The translations under genes and the position numbers were made by a program. A stretch of DNA of 64,000 bases from Amphiscolops sp. MND2022. Its lineage: Eukaryota. A model generated the notes under the pieces. It saw nothing but the letters and a program-made list of their open reading frames with translations. It was not told the DNA's origin and ran no database searches. Location of the stretch: the NCBI GenBank assembly GCA_964187785.1, contig OZ076409.1, positions 55,182,001 to 55,246,000 on the forward strand, given 5' to 3'. Shown piece after piece: positions 24,801 to 33,980 of the stretch; within the stretch, counting starts at the first letter, position 1, and the number at the start of each line of letters is the position of its first letter.

Positions 24801-26841
24801 CACAACAACAGATAACTTACGTTTTGTTGTGCATAGTATATTTTTCATTTGGGAATGTGAGTTTAAAAAACTGTTGGAACTGTCCATATCCGAAGACGAA
24901 GAAGGAATTGATACAACGTGGACGCATTTGCCGAGGTCAGTAGCAGCAAGACTCAGCAGCTCCCCCTCGAGCAATTTCGATGACATCCAGCAGGTCGAAC
25001 AAAGTCGTGTAATACATCAGACCTTACTGTATCGGCTGAGTAACATCAAACTACTGCAACAGATGTCAAATGACAGCATTCGTTACAGTCCGTTACAGCC
25101 TCGTGACGCTTTTTTTGGAGGAAGAACAGAAAATTTTGTCATGAAGTGGTCTCGACAACTACAGTCTCAGACCTTCAAGTATGTCGATGTTTGTTCGCTG
25201 TACCCATATGTGAATTCCAGGTCAGTGTACCCTTCAGGGCATCCTGATTTGATTCTGATTGCTACAGAACAGCAACAACAATCGATTGCGCGTAAAGAAA
25301 AGGCTCGGAATAACAGCAACTCTGCCAATGAAAAACCGCCTCAAACCAGTTGGTTTGACGAGGATGTGAATGTAGCTCAAAGTAAAGCTGTGGAGTTTAA
25401 ACTTTTGGATCGGGTTGACAGGATTCTTACAATGCCCAGTAACGAACGAGACTCGGGAGGAGATCAATGTGAAGCGGAACAATCACATTCTCTGCCTCCA
25501 CCACAGAGGTTCCGAAAGTTCTCGCAACGAACGCTTTTGGAATTCCCCTTAACTTTTGTTGAATTAAAATTGAAAAACGAGGATTATTTTGGTCTGATAA
25601 AATGCCAAGTACTGCCACCGTCTGATATACATCTACCCATTTTACCATTCAAATTTCAATCGAAACTCTTTTTTCCGCTATGTCGAAGTTGCGTTGAAGA
25701 AAGATCCAGCATGCCTGACAATAAGAGTGTGGACTTGACATCAAAGAAGTGTGTTCATCGCCAAGTAGAAGAGAGGAGTTTCTGGGGCACATTTGCTACC
25801 CCAGAAGTTAAGCTTGCTTTGGAAAATGGATACCGAGTGATAGATGTAGCAGAGATTTGGAGTTGGTCGAGAGCAAAAAGGTCTGTGACATTGTTCAAAG
25901 AATATATCGATAACTTTTTGAAAATAAAAATGGAGGCATCTGGTTGGCCAAAAACATGCCGCTGTGAAGAGAAGATGAATTCTGATTCATCGACAGAAAT
26001 GATATGCGAGCATAAGAGGCGTTACCTTCAGGAGATGAAGAAGAAAGAAGGCATTTCACTTGACCCTGCGAGGATAGAGAAAAACGAAGGTCTACGCTTT
26101 ATTGCTAAAATACTTCTGAACAGCTTCTGGGGTTATCTCGGAATGCGGGATAATATGCCAAAAACGAGGTACGTTAACAACTATCGAGAGGTCGTGGACT
26201 ATTTCACATCGCGAACAAAAAGAGTTACTGATGCGACTCTAGTGGGCGATGATTTGATGCTGCTACAATATCAACTCATTGATGACGCGGCAGACGCTCC
26301 GCGGAAGACAAATGTGATTCTTGCTGCCTTCACAACTGCACATGCTCGCATAATACTTTTCAACAATATGCAGCTGGTGAAAAATCCTAAAAATGTACTC
26401 TATTGTGATACAGACAGTATCATGTATGTCCACGATCAATCTCTGACCGATTCCCCGGATATCTCAATTGGGAGTGGACTGGGCGAAATGACCGACGAAC
26501 TGCCTCCTGATGTCTTGATTGACAAGTTTTGGAGTGCAGGGCCAAAGTTTTATTGCTTGTCTGGTCACAACGTTAAAACAGGACTGGAGTATAATATTTT
26601 CAAAGTCAAGGGTGTAACGCTGAATAGGGCTACAGAGAAAACATTCAACCCCGATACCTTCAGAAAACTCGTGCTTGGTGAGACTCATGAATTGCGAAGT
26701 ATTTACAGTAGTCTGAGTCGTTGTGTTCGAACAGGCCAACTGAAAAACAAGTTTTGTGAAAAACGCGCCCGAGTCACAAGTAACAAACGTGTTTTCAACA
26801 CAAATTCCGGCGAATCTACACCGTTTGGTTACGTCGGTTGA
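21814..26841 (+). CDS. polB: Protein-primed family B DNA polymerase (pPolB), 1675 aa
   Basis: Exo I FDIETD, Exo II AHFGSGFDF, Exo III YCQSDV; motif A YVDVCSLYP, motif B KILLNSFWG, motif C YCDTDS; GPKFY and KVKG. Intact ORF. Confidence 0.97.
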   Translation: MGFNPEQYYSVNRMPQRRSLLRAASRDYEVYFTDIESVLDRIKEIFNHLINKLISEIQQDLPGHSHRIRLVLNAPTLNYPIHIPFSSVADFNAELILDEIDRVVNSNESFDISNNIKVNVLSVSLPTMGGNRLGGIQSRTVPDIKLFTKQKSIIVIKSDQNDCLLRAIAIGIKVKERSPRPPSKRKTTKNLHLDRASVQTREMQHLITLLKSDPSIPQDELQTILAGGASSKRLPTSAFDDSSTGLLHHQTAQTSPASGKPLALQDLEFLSQSQVLKDFCLSVYDSNFMGTFLKCYNQEAQQNIDLLYDAQNRHVDLVTSMKGLFDARHYCYSCHKAFSTVKHLCSASGCLLCRQPGCLNRTGFINLSPLNWTTSSNDLSKTPRQSPVFQCDRCRLKVRSQKCLDCHVTSGVCHLYTLCPTCDNTVPKRAFSNHICSKKRCSTCSVHYSLSDRKNTSSPSSEHQCFVQKPKRCIEREIPNGDTNNEFPDCEILGGENYREEVEKEDPMTQIKRRKVSNAPVDDDGTVTSRDQPANNFARAPSDDKIWVFDIETDQSCGNEGLHKPILLAAESLTGDEVIYCGYDCINDFCEDVFASVERVRQTEWFIAHFGSGFDFLPILEWLYKQHKYVPKILLRGNKVVSMRVGNKRFIDSYLFIPIPLSNFPTTFNLKELKKGYFHFLTSKEALYPAATSKLHSLQTCEKGENCNLRKIVSNDCNHCVATQSNVSCFNAGNDQEECQEFALKEGQFQPACLFALNSMKGQQTVSTFLEWHSAQTQLYKVNKLVYDFQQELVSYCQSDVKLLKEGFLKFRTLIKKVCSGIDPFEVACTAASACNYIYRQLFMPKDSIAILPQNGYTGNELTSFPAAVWLSWVEQVANDRKSNEFSIRLYKSGGGLKRGRGKEQTLGSFKVDGLLLYKRTSQSKSTACGSVVQKPQLSIVLEFFGCYFHGCPSCYTDRDEVNKKRNVTTMHDLYTTTVMDRLDWISAQISNGTVFTTTDNLRFVVHSIFFIWECEFKKLLELSISEDEEGIDTTWTHLPRSVAARLSSSPSSNFDDIQQVEQSRVIHQTLLYRLSNIKLLQQMSNDSIRYSPLQPRDAFFGGRTENFVMKWSRQLQSQTFKYVDVCSLYPYVNSRSVYPSGHPDLILIATEQQQQSIARKEKARNNSNSANEKPPQTSWFDEDVNVAQSKAVEFKLLDRVDRILTMPSNERDSGGDQCEAEQSHSLPPPQRFRKFSQRTLLEFPLTFVELKLKNEDYFGLIKCQVLPPSDIHLPILPFKFQSKLFFPLCRSCVEERSSMPDNKSVDLTSKKCVHRQVEERSFWGTFATPEVKLALENGYRVIDVAEIWSWSRAKRSVTLFKEYIDNFLKIKMEASGWPKTCRCEEKMNSDSSTEMICEHKRRYLQEMKKKEGISLDPARIEKNEGLRFIAKILLNSFWGYLGMRDNMPKTRYVNNYREVVDYFTSRTKRVTDATLVGDDLMLLQYQLIDDAADAPRKTNVILAAFTTAHARIILFNNMQLVKNPKNVLYCDTDSIMYVHDQSLTDSPDISIGSGLGEMTDELPPDVLIDKFWSAGPKFYCLSGHNVKTGLEYNIFKVKGVTLNRATEKTFNPDTFRKLVLGETHELRSIYSSLSRCVRTGQLKNKFCEKRARVTSNKRVFNTNSGESTPFGYVG

Positions 26842-27044
26842 ACAATAACTTCTCATTTATTTTAGACATACATGAATTTTATCAAGTTTGTAAAACATTC
26901 GTCCTTGTTGTGTGGCTATTACTTTGCTTTTGAAAATAAAATTTGTGCTTAAATCTCGATTGATCATCTGGATTAAACATCCTCCTTGGTTAATAATCAA
27001 AACTGGCCCAATTAACGAACTGCTGTGTTTCAGACTTTTTGTCA

Positions 27045-27950
27045 ATGGAATTCCGACGTAAATCATCGTCCTTCTATGCCCATTTCGTTTTTTACCCGAA
27101 CCCGAACTCTGAAGACAAAGCAGTGAAGCAATGTCTGTACGTACGGGAAAAATTATGTGAGATGTTCGCTGCTAGAAATGTCGATTATCTAATGGGGGCA
27201 CATCTTTTCAGTTGTTACAGACAATGCGGTTACAATTTTGATGAAGTGCGATGCATTTGTGATGTGTCACCGCAAATACAAAATGGCAGGTTCCCATCTG
27301 GACGGTGTTACATTTTGCCGGAGCCAAGGGACGCCTCCACTATCGACAATCATATTCACATTTTAGTCCATGTACCAGCAGCAAATACCACAGGGCAACA
27401 ATGTAAGGTAGGCTACGATGTCTCTGTACAATCAGTCGCAGGAAAGAATCCATCTGCTAAGCGTATAAAAGTGGAAGAGGCTGCACAAGTTTCTGTTTCT
27501 GGAAACAGTGGCAACCTGACCGTCAATGAGAGAAGCGCAGATTTGCCGAGTGCCACCATTTCACCCTCAACATTACCTGTTGACACATTTAGAGACCCTC
27601 TTGACCCAGTTGTTACTACAGAGACCAACATGAATTGGCAACTTGAAGGAGTTGTTCGCCAAATACAAAAATTTTTCAGCATCGACTTGAAAAACAAAGA
27701 ATTTGGTAGCTTTTCAGTGCAACAGAGAAATGTATGGTGTCCTTACTCCTTGTGGACCAGCTTTGTTGTTGCTGCTGGCGACGGTTTCACCACAATCGTT
27801 GGAAATACCTTCAATTACGCAATGAAAATGGAGCGAAAAAGACAATCGGCAGACTATGCAAACAGAGAGCTTTTTCCGAAGCGAGCCCCCAAAATGAAGG
27901 CCCGTGTTCTTTGGGAACTTCATTGTATCTCTATGCAACAGAGTCTGTAG
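27045..27950 (+). CDS. Hypothetical protein, candidate HUH-superfamily endonuclease
   Basis: ~300-aa ORF followed by AATAAA. Contains HIHILV (HUH motif, ~27351), a later NYAMK (YxxK, ~27816) and a Cys cluster. The ORF is well supported, the function is tentative. Confidence 0.45.
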   Translation: MEFRRKSSSFYAHFVFYPNPNSEDKAVKQCLYVREKLCEMFAARNVDYLMGAHLFSCYRQCGYNFDEVRCICDVSPQIQNGRFPSGRCYILPEPRDASTIDNHIHILVHVPAANTTGQQCKVGYDVSVQSVAGKNPSAKRIKVEEAAQVSVSGNSGNLTVNERSADLPSATISPSTLPVDTFRDPLDPVVTTETNMNWQLEGVVRQIQKFFSIDLKNKEFGSFSVQQRNVWCPYSLWTSFVVAAGDGFTTIVGNTFNYAMKMERKRQSADYANRELFPKRAPKMKARVLWELHCISMQQSL

Positions 27951-28155
27951 TGGTATTTACGTTGTCTGTAGTGGTTACTTGTAATAAAATATTCGTCTAA
28001 TTTTTATTTTTCTTTCAAATCTTTAGCTGGCCGAGCGAGTTTTTTCCCCATGTTTTCTTGGAAAAGTCGGCTATCATTGGTTTTATTTTCACAATCTAGT
28101 ACTCGATTATTTAGTATTGTGTGTTTTTGGAAAAGACCATTTTGCTCAGTTTCAA

Positions 28156-28402
28156 TACATTGGAGCGGTCAGACATGTTTGCGCTGACTTTGTCAAAATT
28201 TGAATTGTTTTTTGAAATTGCCCGCAAATTCCACAGGCATTGCACAAAAACTAACTATGATATCATGGCTGATTATTGCCTCAAAGAGATTGCAGCAAGT
28301 TACGAAAGCGATATCGATCACGATGCTATTTGCCGGAAAATTCGCCTACAACTCGACAATTCCATCCCCGACGTTTTTATTTCAATCACATTCTGTTTTT
28401 AA
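28156..28402 (+). CDS. Small hypothetical protein, possibly the N-terminal part of the PLA2-like gene
   Basis: ATG-initiated ORF overlapping the downstream frame 28276-28779. Confidence 0.3.
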
Positions 28403-28479
28403 CGGTAATTATCGTGGAAACGAATTCTTGTACATGTCAAGGAGTTTGTGATCAATGTGCTATCAACAAAATTTTCAAA

Positions 28480-28779
28480 ATGGGTGATTTGTCGCATTGT
28501 GCACCTTGGGGCGGTATAATTGGACCTGGAATGACCGTCAGAACGCATTACGTTTTTTCAACTATATCATCAATTTTGAAGTTACACGCTGTTTTCCATG
28601 ATGCTTATGGCCACTTGTATCGGACTCGTCAGAAGGGCCCCGGTTACAACTATATGCTACCATTTCAGTTACTACCAAATGTTTTTTGGCTTGGGCATTT
28701 TACAGGTTTTCTCTTCTTCTTCTGGTTAAAAATCAGGTATTCCACTCATTTCAGATACTTTGACGCACTTCTCAAATAA
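28480..28779 (+). CDS. Phospholipase A2-like protein (parvovirus/adintovirus PLA2X type)
   Basis: GIIGPG (Ca-loop-like) followed by HAVFHDAY (catalytic HD..Y-like) and a hydrophobic C-terminus. The frame is open from 28276. Confidence 0.6.
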   Translation: MGDLSHCAPWGGIIGPGMTVRTHYVFSTISSILKLHAVFHDAYGHLYRTRQKGPGYNYMLPFQLLPNVFWLGHFTGFLFFFWLKIRYSTHFRYFDALLK

Positions 28780-28807
28780 TTGCTCCAGCGATTGACATCC
28801 AAAAGCC

Positions 28808-29844
28808 ATGTCCGCCTATGTTCCATTATCAGATTCTTTGCGCATTGCATTGCAGTTCTACCAAAACCTTCCTACACAACCCAACAATTACTCGCATAAC
28901 CCTCAACAAGTGCTCTATCCCAGAGTGTATCTAGTTAGAGAGCAACCCCGAGGTTTATATGGGCCAGTGCCATTGGATTCTGTCGGTCGCACGCAGCAAT
29001 TTGATATGAGCTGGGAAGAGTATTGCAGTTTAGTTCACAGCAAACCTCTTGCAATGAACATTTTGACATTTCGTGACTACACGAATGCTCAGAATGACAA
29101 CACGAGAATTCAACGGGGTATCCCAATGTACAGCCGGCCGTCACAAATTCTCCTCTCTCATTTACAAAGCGGAATAGCCCCCCAGCAGCCCAGTAACACA
29201 ATGTCAGTCCAAAACCCTGGCTTTACGTCCAATCATGTTGTAACAATACAGCAAATTACGGTTATTCAGCCCAAAACACTTTGGTTAGAGAAAGGCCATA
29301 CATGACGAGGCACTATGCATCACAGCATACCAACGGATCCAATCATTTTATGAATATTGCCGGTATCTGGTGTAACAATACTTGCTGTGTGCCCAGAACC
29401 TCTATAATTCCGACATTGAGAAGTTACGCCCCGCAGCCGAGCACATCTAGTTTTGATGGGATGACGCAACAAGATTTAAATACAATTGACTCCAATCGAA
29501 CTGCTAGCACGCTCACTAACAATCCTTCAGCCCAACCAAACAACTCCTGCAATTCATCAATTATCGCTGGTGGCCGATCTTCAACATCATCAGACTTGCG
29601 CTACCTTCCGGCAGCTAATATACGTGCTCCTGTCGAGCAGCAGTCAGAGACGGACAGCGGGCAAGGTGACAACAATAGCGATGATAACATGGGTGACTAT
29701 GACTTTGACAGTGAAGTATCTGAAGACGAATTTCAACTTCCTCCTGATTCAATGACATCCATTGCTTCGACGATTAACAACTTGTCGGAGCCGGTTGTAA
29801 CCCCAGTAGCTCCCATTACATCGACAACAAGCGTTTTGACATAG
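28808..29844 (+). CDS. Second PC4-like protein with S/T/D-rich tail (ORFs 28808-29305 and 29281-29844, probably frameshifted)
   Basis: LSDSLRIALQFY...RVYLVRE...FDMSWEEYCSL resembles PC4 topology. The overlapping second ORF is low-complexity and acidic. Confidence 0.4.
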
Positions 29845-30275
29845 TGTCCTATTCATGTTTTTTTTTGTGTGTTCAGAGTTTGCTAGTATTTTTTCATTGT
29901 TTTTGTTCAAACCTTATTCTAACTGTATGTTTTTGTTTGGTTCCTATCAGTTTGTTTTTAAATTTTTTCTTCTTTATGTGCACATTAATACTATGGATAA
30001 GTTTTATACTGTGGATAATGCGTTTTTTTTGGCTTCTCACTACTTTGTTTCAGTATTGTTTTGTCTCAGCTTATACTAACGAAGTCACTGTACAGAGATT
30101 CTCGATAATAATGTCTATTTGCTTTTAAGATGCATGGTTGCGATACAATTTGTACACGACGGAACAGACGAGGACACAAATATAGACGAGATTAGAAAAG
30201 AGTGACATCTCGCCTCTTAGTGAACGAAAAGTTGGTAACAATTCCCCTGGGTCATCAGAATTAACCTCTTACAAG

Positions 30276-31133
30276 TTGGCGGACCTCCACAGTCAGAGTC
30301 AGAGGATCAAAGCTAGCGATCGACAAAATGATGAGTCTTTTTGTGAGTCCATTGGGCAGTCACCGCGTTGCTTACCGTTTTCTCAAGCTGTATTTTTGAC
30401 ACAACTTGCTGTCATTTTTATTTTGGACGCATTCTGTCTGTTGAAACTTATCACATCCCAAACTGAAGCAAGCACAAAACAGAACCGAGAAATAACTGAC
30501 AATTCGTGTCACGATACATCGATTTATATGAGCATTCTGAGCTCAATGTTAGCCTATCTTATTCCGGCCCCAAGAGTACCTGTGAAAGTCCAAAGTGAGA
30601 GAAGACAACGCACTGTAAAGATATCATCCAATGAACACTCAAAAAGAACGGGATTAACAGCGCAATGTTTTTCATCACCTCAACAACGTCACGATCAGCA
30701 ATCAAATGAAGCAAATTTGGGAAAAAACGAGGTTCCTGCTGTTTCAGCCACTTCGGTAGCGTTGCCGATTGAACCCGACACGCAGATTGAAGGCGTGGAT
30801 TACCCTGACTATGATTGTTTGCCAGAATCAAATGCAACACTAAGTCTTTACAACCAGTCAAAAGACGCAACGAATCTTTCCTGCAGTATAAATTTTGACG
30901 TGGAAGAAGACTCTGACATTTGGCTCTGCTTCAATTGGCAAGTAAGCCGAACTTTTTTCATTTTTTTCTCACAGATTTTTTTCGTCATGGGTCTTGTTTT
31001 GTTCTCCGTTAGTAGAATGTTATTGGTATCCTCACTGAATTGTGAAGAACGAACTGCTCATTTCATGATTCTTTCCACTTGCATTGCCTACTTGTTACCC
31101 AATGCTGATAATCTCGACAGATCAAATAAATAA
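30276..31133 (+). CDS. Membrane protein with two tandem copies of a two-helix module
   Basis: VFLTQLAVIFILDAFCLLKL...C..TSIYMSILSSMLAYLIP and IFFSQIFFVMGLVLFSVSRML...C..RTAHFMILSTCIAYLLP. Lies directly upstream of the ATPase. Start codon uncertain (ORF begins at TTG). Confidence 0.65.
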   Translation: MADLHSQSQRIKASDRQNDESFCESIGQSPRCLPFSQAVFLTQLAVIFILDAFCLLKLITSQTEASTKQNREITDNSCHDTSIYMSILSSMLAYLIPAPRVPVKVQSERRQRTVKISSNEHSKRTGLTAQCFSSPQQRHDQQSNEANLGKNEVPAVSATSVALPIEPDTQIEGVDYPDYDCLPESNATLSLYNQSKDATNLSCSINFDVEEDSDIWLCFNWQVSRTFFIFFSQIFFVMGLVLFSVSRMLLVSSLNCEERTAHFMILSTCIAYLLPNADNLDRSNK

Positions 31134-31137
31134 CGAA

Positions 31138-32196
31138 ATGAATAAATTAATTTCCACGGAAAATCGCATTTTTATGTGTGTCTGTGGCGCATCAGGCTCT
31201 GGTAAAACACACCTTTTACTAAACATGCTGACCAGTCGTTCCGACGGTATATTCTGGCCGAGGTTCGAAAAAGTTATCCTCTTCTACCGCCATTGGCAAA
31301 CAATATATGAACAATTTTATCAAGATGTGCCAAGCAAAGTTTTCTTTGAAAACGTGGTTGAAACGGAGAACGAAACCGGCCTTGCAAAACTTGGTAATCA
31401 GAAACACCAAACCCCAGGTCATAAGACAAGTCATTCAAGAATAGATACCCTGATTTCAAAACTCTTGGATCATCAATCCCAGGAAAGCAAATACCATACA
31501 ACGTTTGGAAATGAAAAAGCATTGGCAATTTTTGATGACTCGTGCGAAGAAATTCTTCAGAGCGCAACCTTCGCCAATCTTGCAACCGCTGGTCGACATA
31601 AAGGGGTCAATGTGATTTTTATCAAGCATAACTTGTACCAGCAGGGTAAATATTGTGTCACGGTCGACAAAAATACAACACATTTGATAATTCTCAAGTC
31701 ACCAAGAATAGGTCGGCAGCTCAGGCTACTGGGGTCCGAACTGGAATTTGCTGATGCTGCGTTCCTTCAAGATGCTTACCAGTTGGCCACATCCGTGCCA
31801 CATGGACACCTGCTGATTGATCTCAGCACCAACTGTCATGATGCCCTCAGGTTTAGCACTCGTATCTGCAGAGCTAGCGACGACATAACTACGCTGATTA
31901 AACAAAACAAAAACAAACAACGATCAAAAGTGCATTCAACCACCAACATTACGCGAAAGAAAGAGAAACCAGACAGTCGGATCCTCATCAATCTCAAAAA
32001 GGTTCTACCGACTGGGTTTTACGTTCCTAAAAGAGTTTTCAACAATTACGCTCGTGTCTATAAAGATCACACTGTTGGCACACACAACATTACTGTAAAC
32101 AGGACCAAAAACTATCCAATCATTGCCTTTCCAAAGTTGTCGCCCTCTTCTATTCTTTACCGGGAATATGCATTATACAGTCCGAATCATCGTTGA
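31138..32196 (+). CDS. A32/FtsK-like DNA packaging ATPase
   Basis: Walker A GASGSGKT, Walker B AIFDD, GRH arginine motif, IFIKHNLY. Confidence 0.92.
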   Translation: MNKLISTENRIFMCVCGASGSGKTHLLLNMLTSRSDGIFWPRFEKVILFYRHWQTIYEQFYQDVPSKVFFENVVETENETGLAKLGNQKHQTPGHKTSHSRIDTLISKLLDHQSQESKYHTTFGNEKALAIFDDSCEEILQSATFANLATAGRHKGVNVIFIKHNLYQQGKYCVTVDKNTTHLIILKSPRIGRQLRLLGSELEFADAAFLQDAYQLATSVPHGHLLIDLSTNCHDALRFSTRICRASDDITTLIKQNKNKQRSKVHSTTNITRKKEKPDSRILINLKKVLPTGFYVPKRVFNNYARVYKDHTVGTHNITVNRTKNYPIIAFPKLSPSSILYREYALYSPNHR

Positions 32197-32257
32197 GGCT
32201 GTGAATTGGGTCACGCCGAATCGAATTATTTTTGGTATTACAATGGGATCAATTTAG

Positions 32258-32764
32258 ATGGAAGAATTTGTTTTGATTCCCCTATCTCATTACCTTGAGC
32301 TTACTTCATCGGTCAGCGATATCAACAGTACTACAGCAGATACTACTTCACGTTTTACGACGCACCAAACACATTATCCAAATGCTCCGAACTCTGAGCC
32401 CGATGTAACATTTGAAAAACAATCAAACTCCAGTGAAGAGCCGCCCGCCGCTGAAAAAGAATGGCTCCAAGGAATTGTTGAACCTTTACCGGAATCCAAA
32501 ACAGAGAAGGAATCTGAAAAAGACCTACAAAAGACACAACATGAATTGTCTATCCGCAGAAAAAGAGTTCAGGGGTTAATAAACCTGATGATATCGACCA
32601 GAGGAATAAGATTCAATAAATCCAATGCTACATTCTCTTTCACGAGTAACAATTTGGCTCATGAAACGCCAACGAGTAGCATCAAAATTCTACAGTTTCT
32701 CCGCGATCTTCAACAGTATCGAAAAAAGGTGCCCCAAGAATACCAACAAAGGCAATTTCTTTAA
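32258..32764 (+). CDS. Hypothetical Polinton protein
   Basis: 168-aa ATG ORF between the ATPase and the integrase on the common strand. No motif recognised. Confidence 0.6.
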   Translation: MEEFVLIPLSHYLELTSSVSDINSTTADTTSRFTTHQTHYPNAPNSEPDVTFEKQSNSSEEPPAAEKEWLQGIVEPLPESKTEKESEKDLQKTQHELSIRRKRVQGLINLMISTRGIRFNKSNATFSFTSNNLAHETPTSSIKILQFLRDLQQYRKKVPQEYQQRQFL

Positions 32765-32843
32765 AACGAGCCAATGATATTGTAATCAATCGCAATTGTC
32801 TCAGCTACATCACTAATCAAAACGTTCATACACAGCGAATGCA

Positions 32844-33875
32844 ATGACTTTCGAACGTAGCAAGCATCGAAATGTCAAGGAGAGGAAGCTGACTGAGTCA
32901 GAATATCGTAAACTCCATGGAATCTATACCTCCCCAAGTGACCCGGCCGCTTTTGGCAGCGTTAAAAATTTGGTGAAAGCAAGTGGCTTGCCACGTTCTA
33001 AGGTCTTGGCTTACCTACAATCGTCGTCGACGTACACAAAGTTCAGGGCGACAAAACGGAAATTCGCTCGCTTACCTGTTGTATCGCTTGGCATTAACCA
33101 TATTTGGTCACTGGATGTGGCATATATGGAGAAATTGGCCAATTTTAATAATGGTAACAAATACTTACTTCTTGCAGTGGACACGCTCTCTAGAAAAATT
33201 TGGGTGCAACCGATGTTGAACAAAACAGCTGCAGCTGCTAAAGCAGCCTTCGAGAAAATGTTGAATTTCGAGACGATGCAGTTCCCCATTAAGCTATGGG
33301 TTGATCAAGGCAAAGAGTTCAGGGGTGAATTTTTGAAATTTTGCAACGATAACGACATTGAAGTTTACAGTACTTTCAGTGAAACAAAAAGCTGTATGGC
33401 CGAGCGTTACATCAGGACACTGAAAACTATTCTCTACAAGTTTTTCGAAGAACATCGAACTTTCAAGTACGTTCATCTACTTCCAAAATTTGCTTCTCTT
33501 GTAAATAGGCGTTACAATCGCGCCATTGGTATGCCTGCTGCCAATGTTACTGCTAAAGACGTTCCTAAACTAATTGCTCTCCAATTTGAAAAGTCAAAGA
33601 CTCGTCCGCAGAAACCTCAATTTGAAGTCGGTGATCGAGTACGTATTGCGCTGAAAAACATGCCATTCCGGAAAGGCTACAAACAACAGTACACCAATGA
33701 AGTTTTTAAAGTTCATCAAGTTTGTAAGCCTAAGAAAACTGGGCTGGCAACGACTTACAGATTAGAAGATATCAAAGGCGAGCCAATTTTGGGAAGATTT
33801 TACACCGCCGAGCTCACTCATTTCAACTATCTACAGAATAGGAGCCGGCCGCGTCATCAACGTATCCTAAATTGA
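32844..33875 (+). CDS. int: Retroviral-like (RVE) integrase of Polinton type
   Basis: DDE triad SLDVA / WVDQGKEF / MAERYIRT, plus a C-terminal FEVGDRVRI..FRKGY module. No chromodomain seen. Confidence 0.95.
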   Translation: MTFERSKHRNVKERKLTESEYRKLHGIYTSPSDPAAFGSVKNLVKASGLPRSKVLAYLQSSSTYTKFRATKRKFARLPVVSLGINHIWSLDVAYMEKLANFNNGNKYLLLAVDTLSRKIWVQPMLNKTAAAAKAAFEKMLNFETMQFPIKLWVDQGKEFRGEFLKFCNDNDIEVYSTFSETKSCMAERYIRTLKTILYKFFEEHRTFKYVHLLPKFASLVNRRYNRAIGMPAANVTAKDVPKLIALQFEKSKTRPQKPQFEVGDRVRIALKNMPFRKGYKQQYTNEVFKVHQVCKPKKTGLATTYRLEDIKGEPILGRFYTAELTHFNYLQNRSRPRHQRILN

Positions 33876-33980
33876 GCTGTAGCTGCTACCCTTTAGCACA
33901 GTCTACGACACCACCACTATTTAATTTAATCTACCATCAAGCCTCTATGTTTTTGGTCAAGTAATGTAACTGGTGGTACC

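Noticed and set aside
29844..30128. Hydrophobic ORFs
   Set aside because: T-rich intergenic sequence yields Phe/Leu-rich translations with no ATG start.
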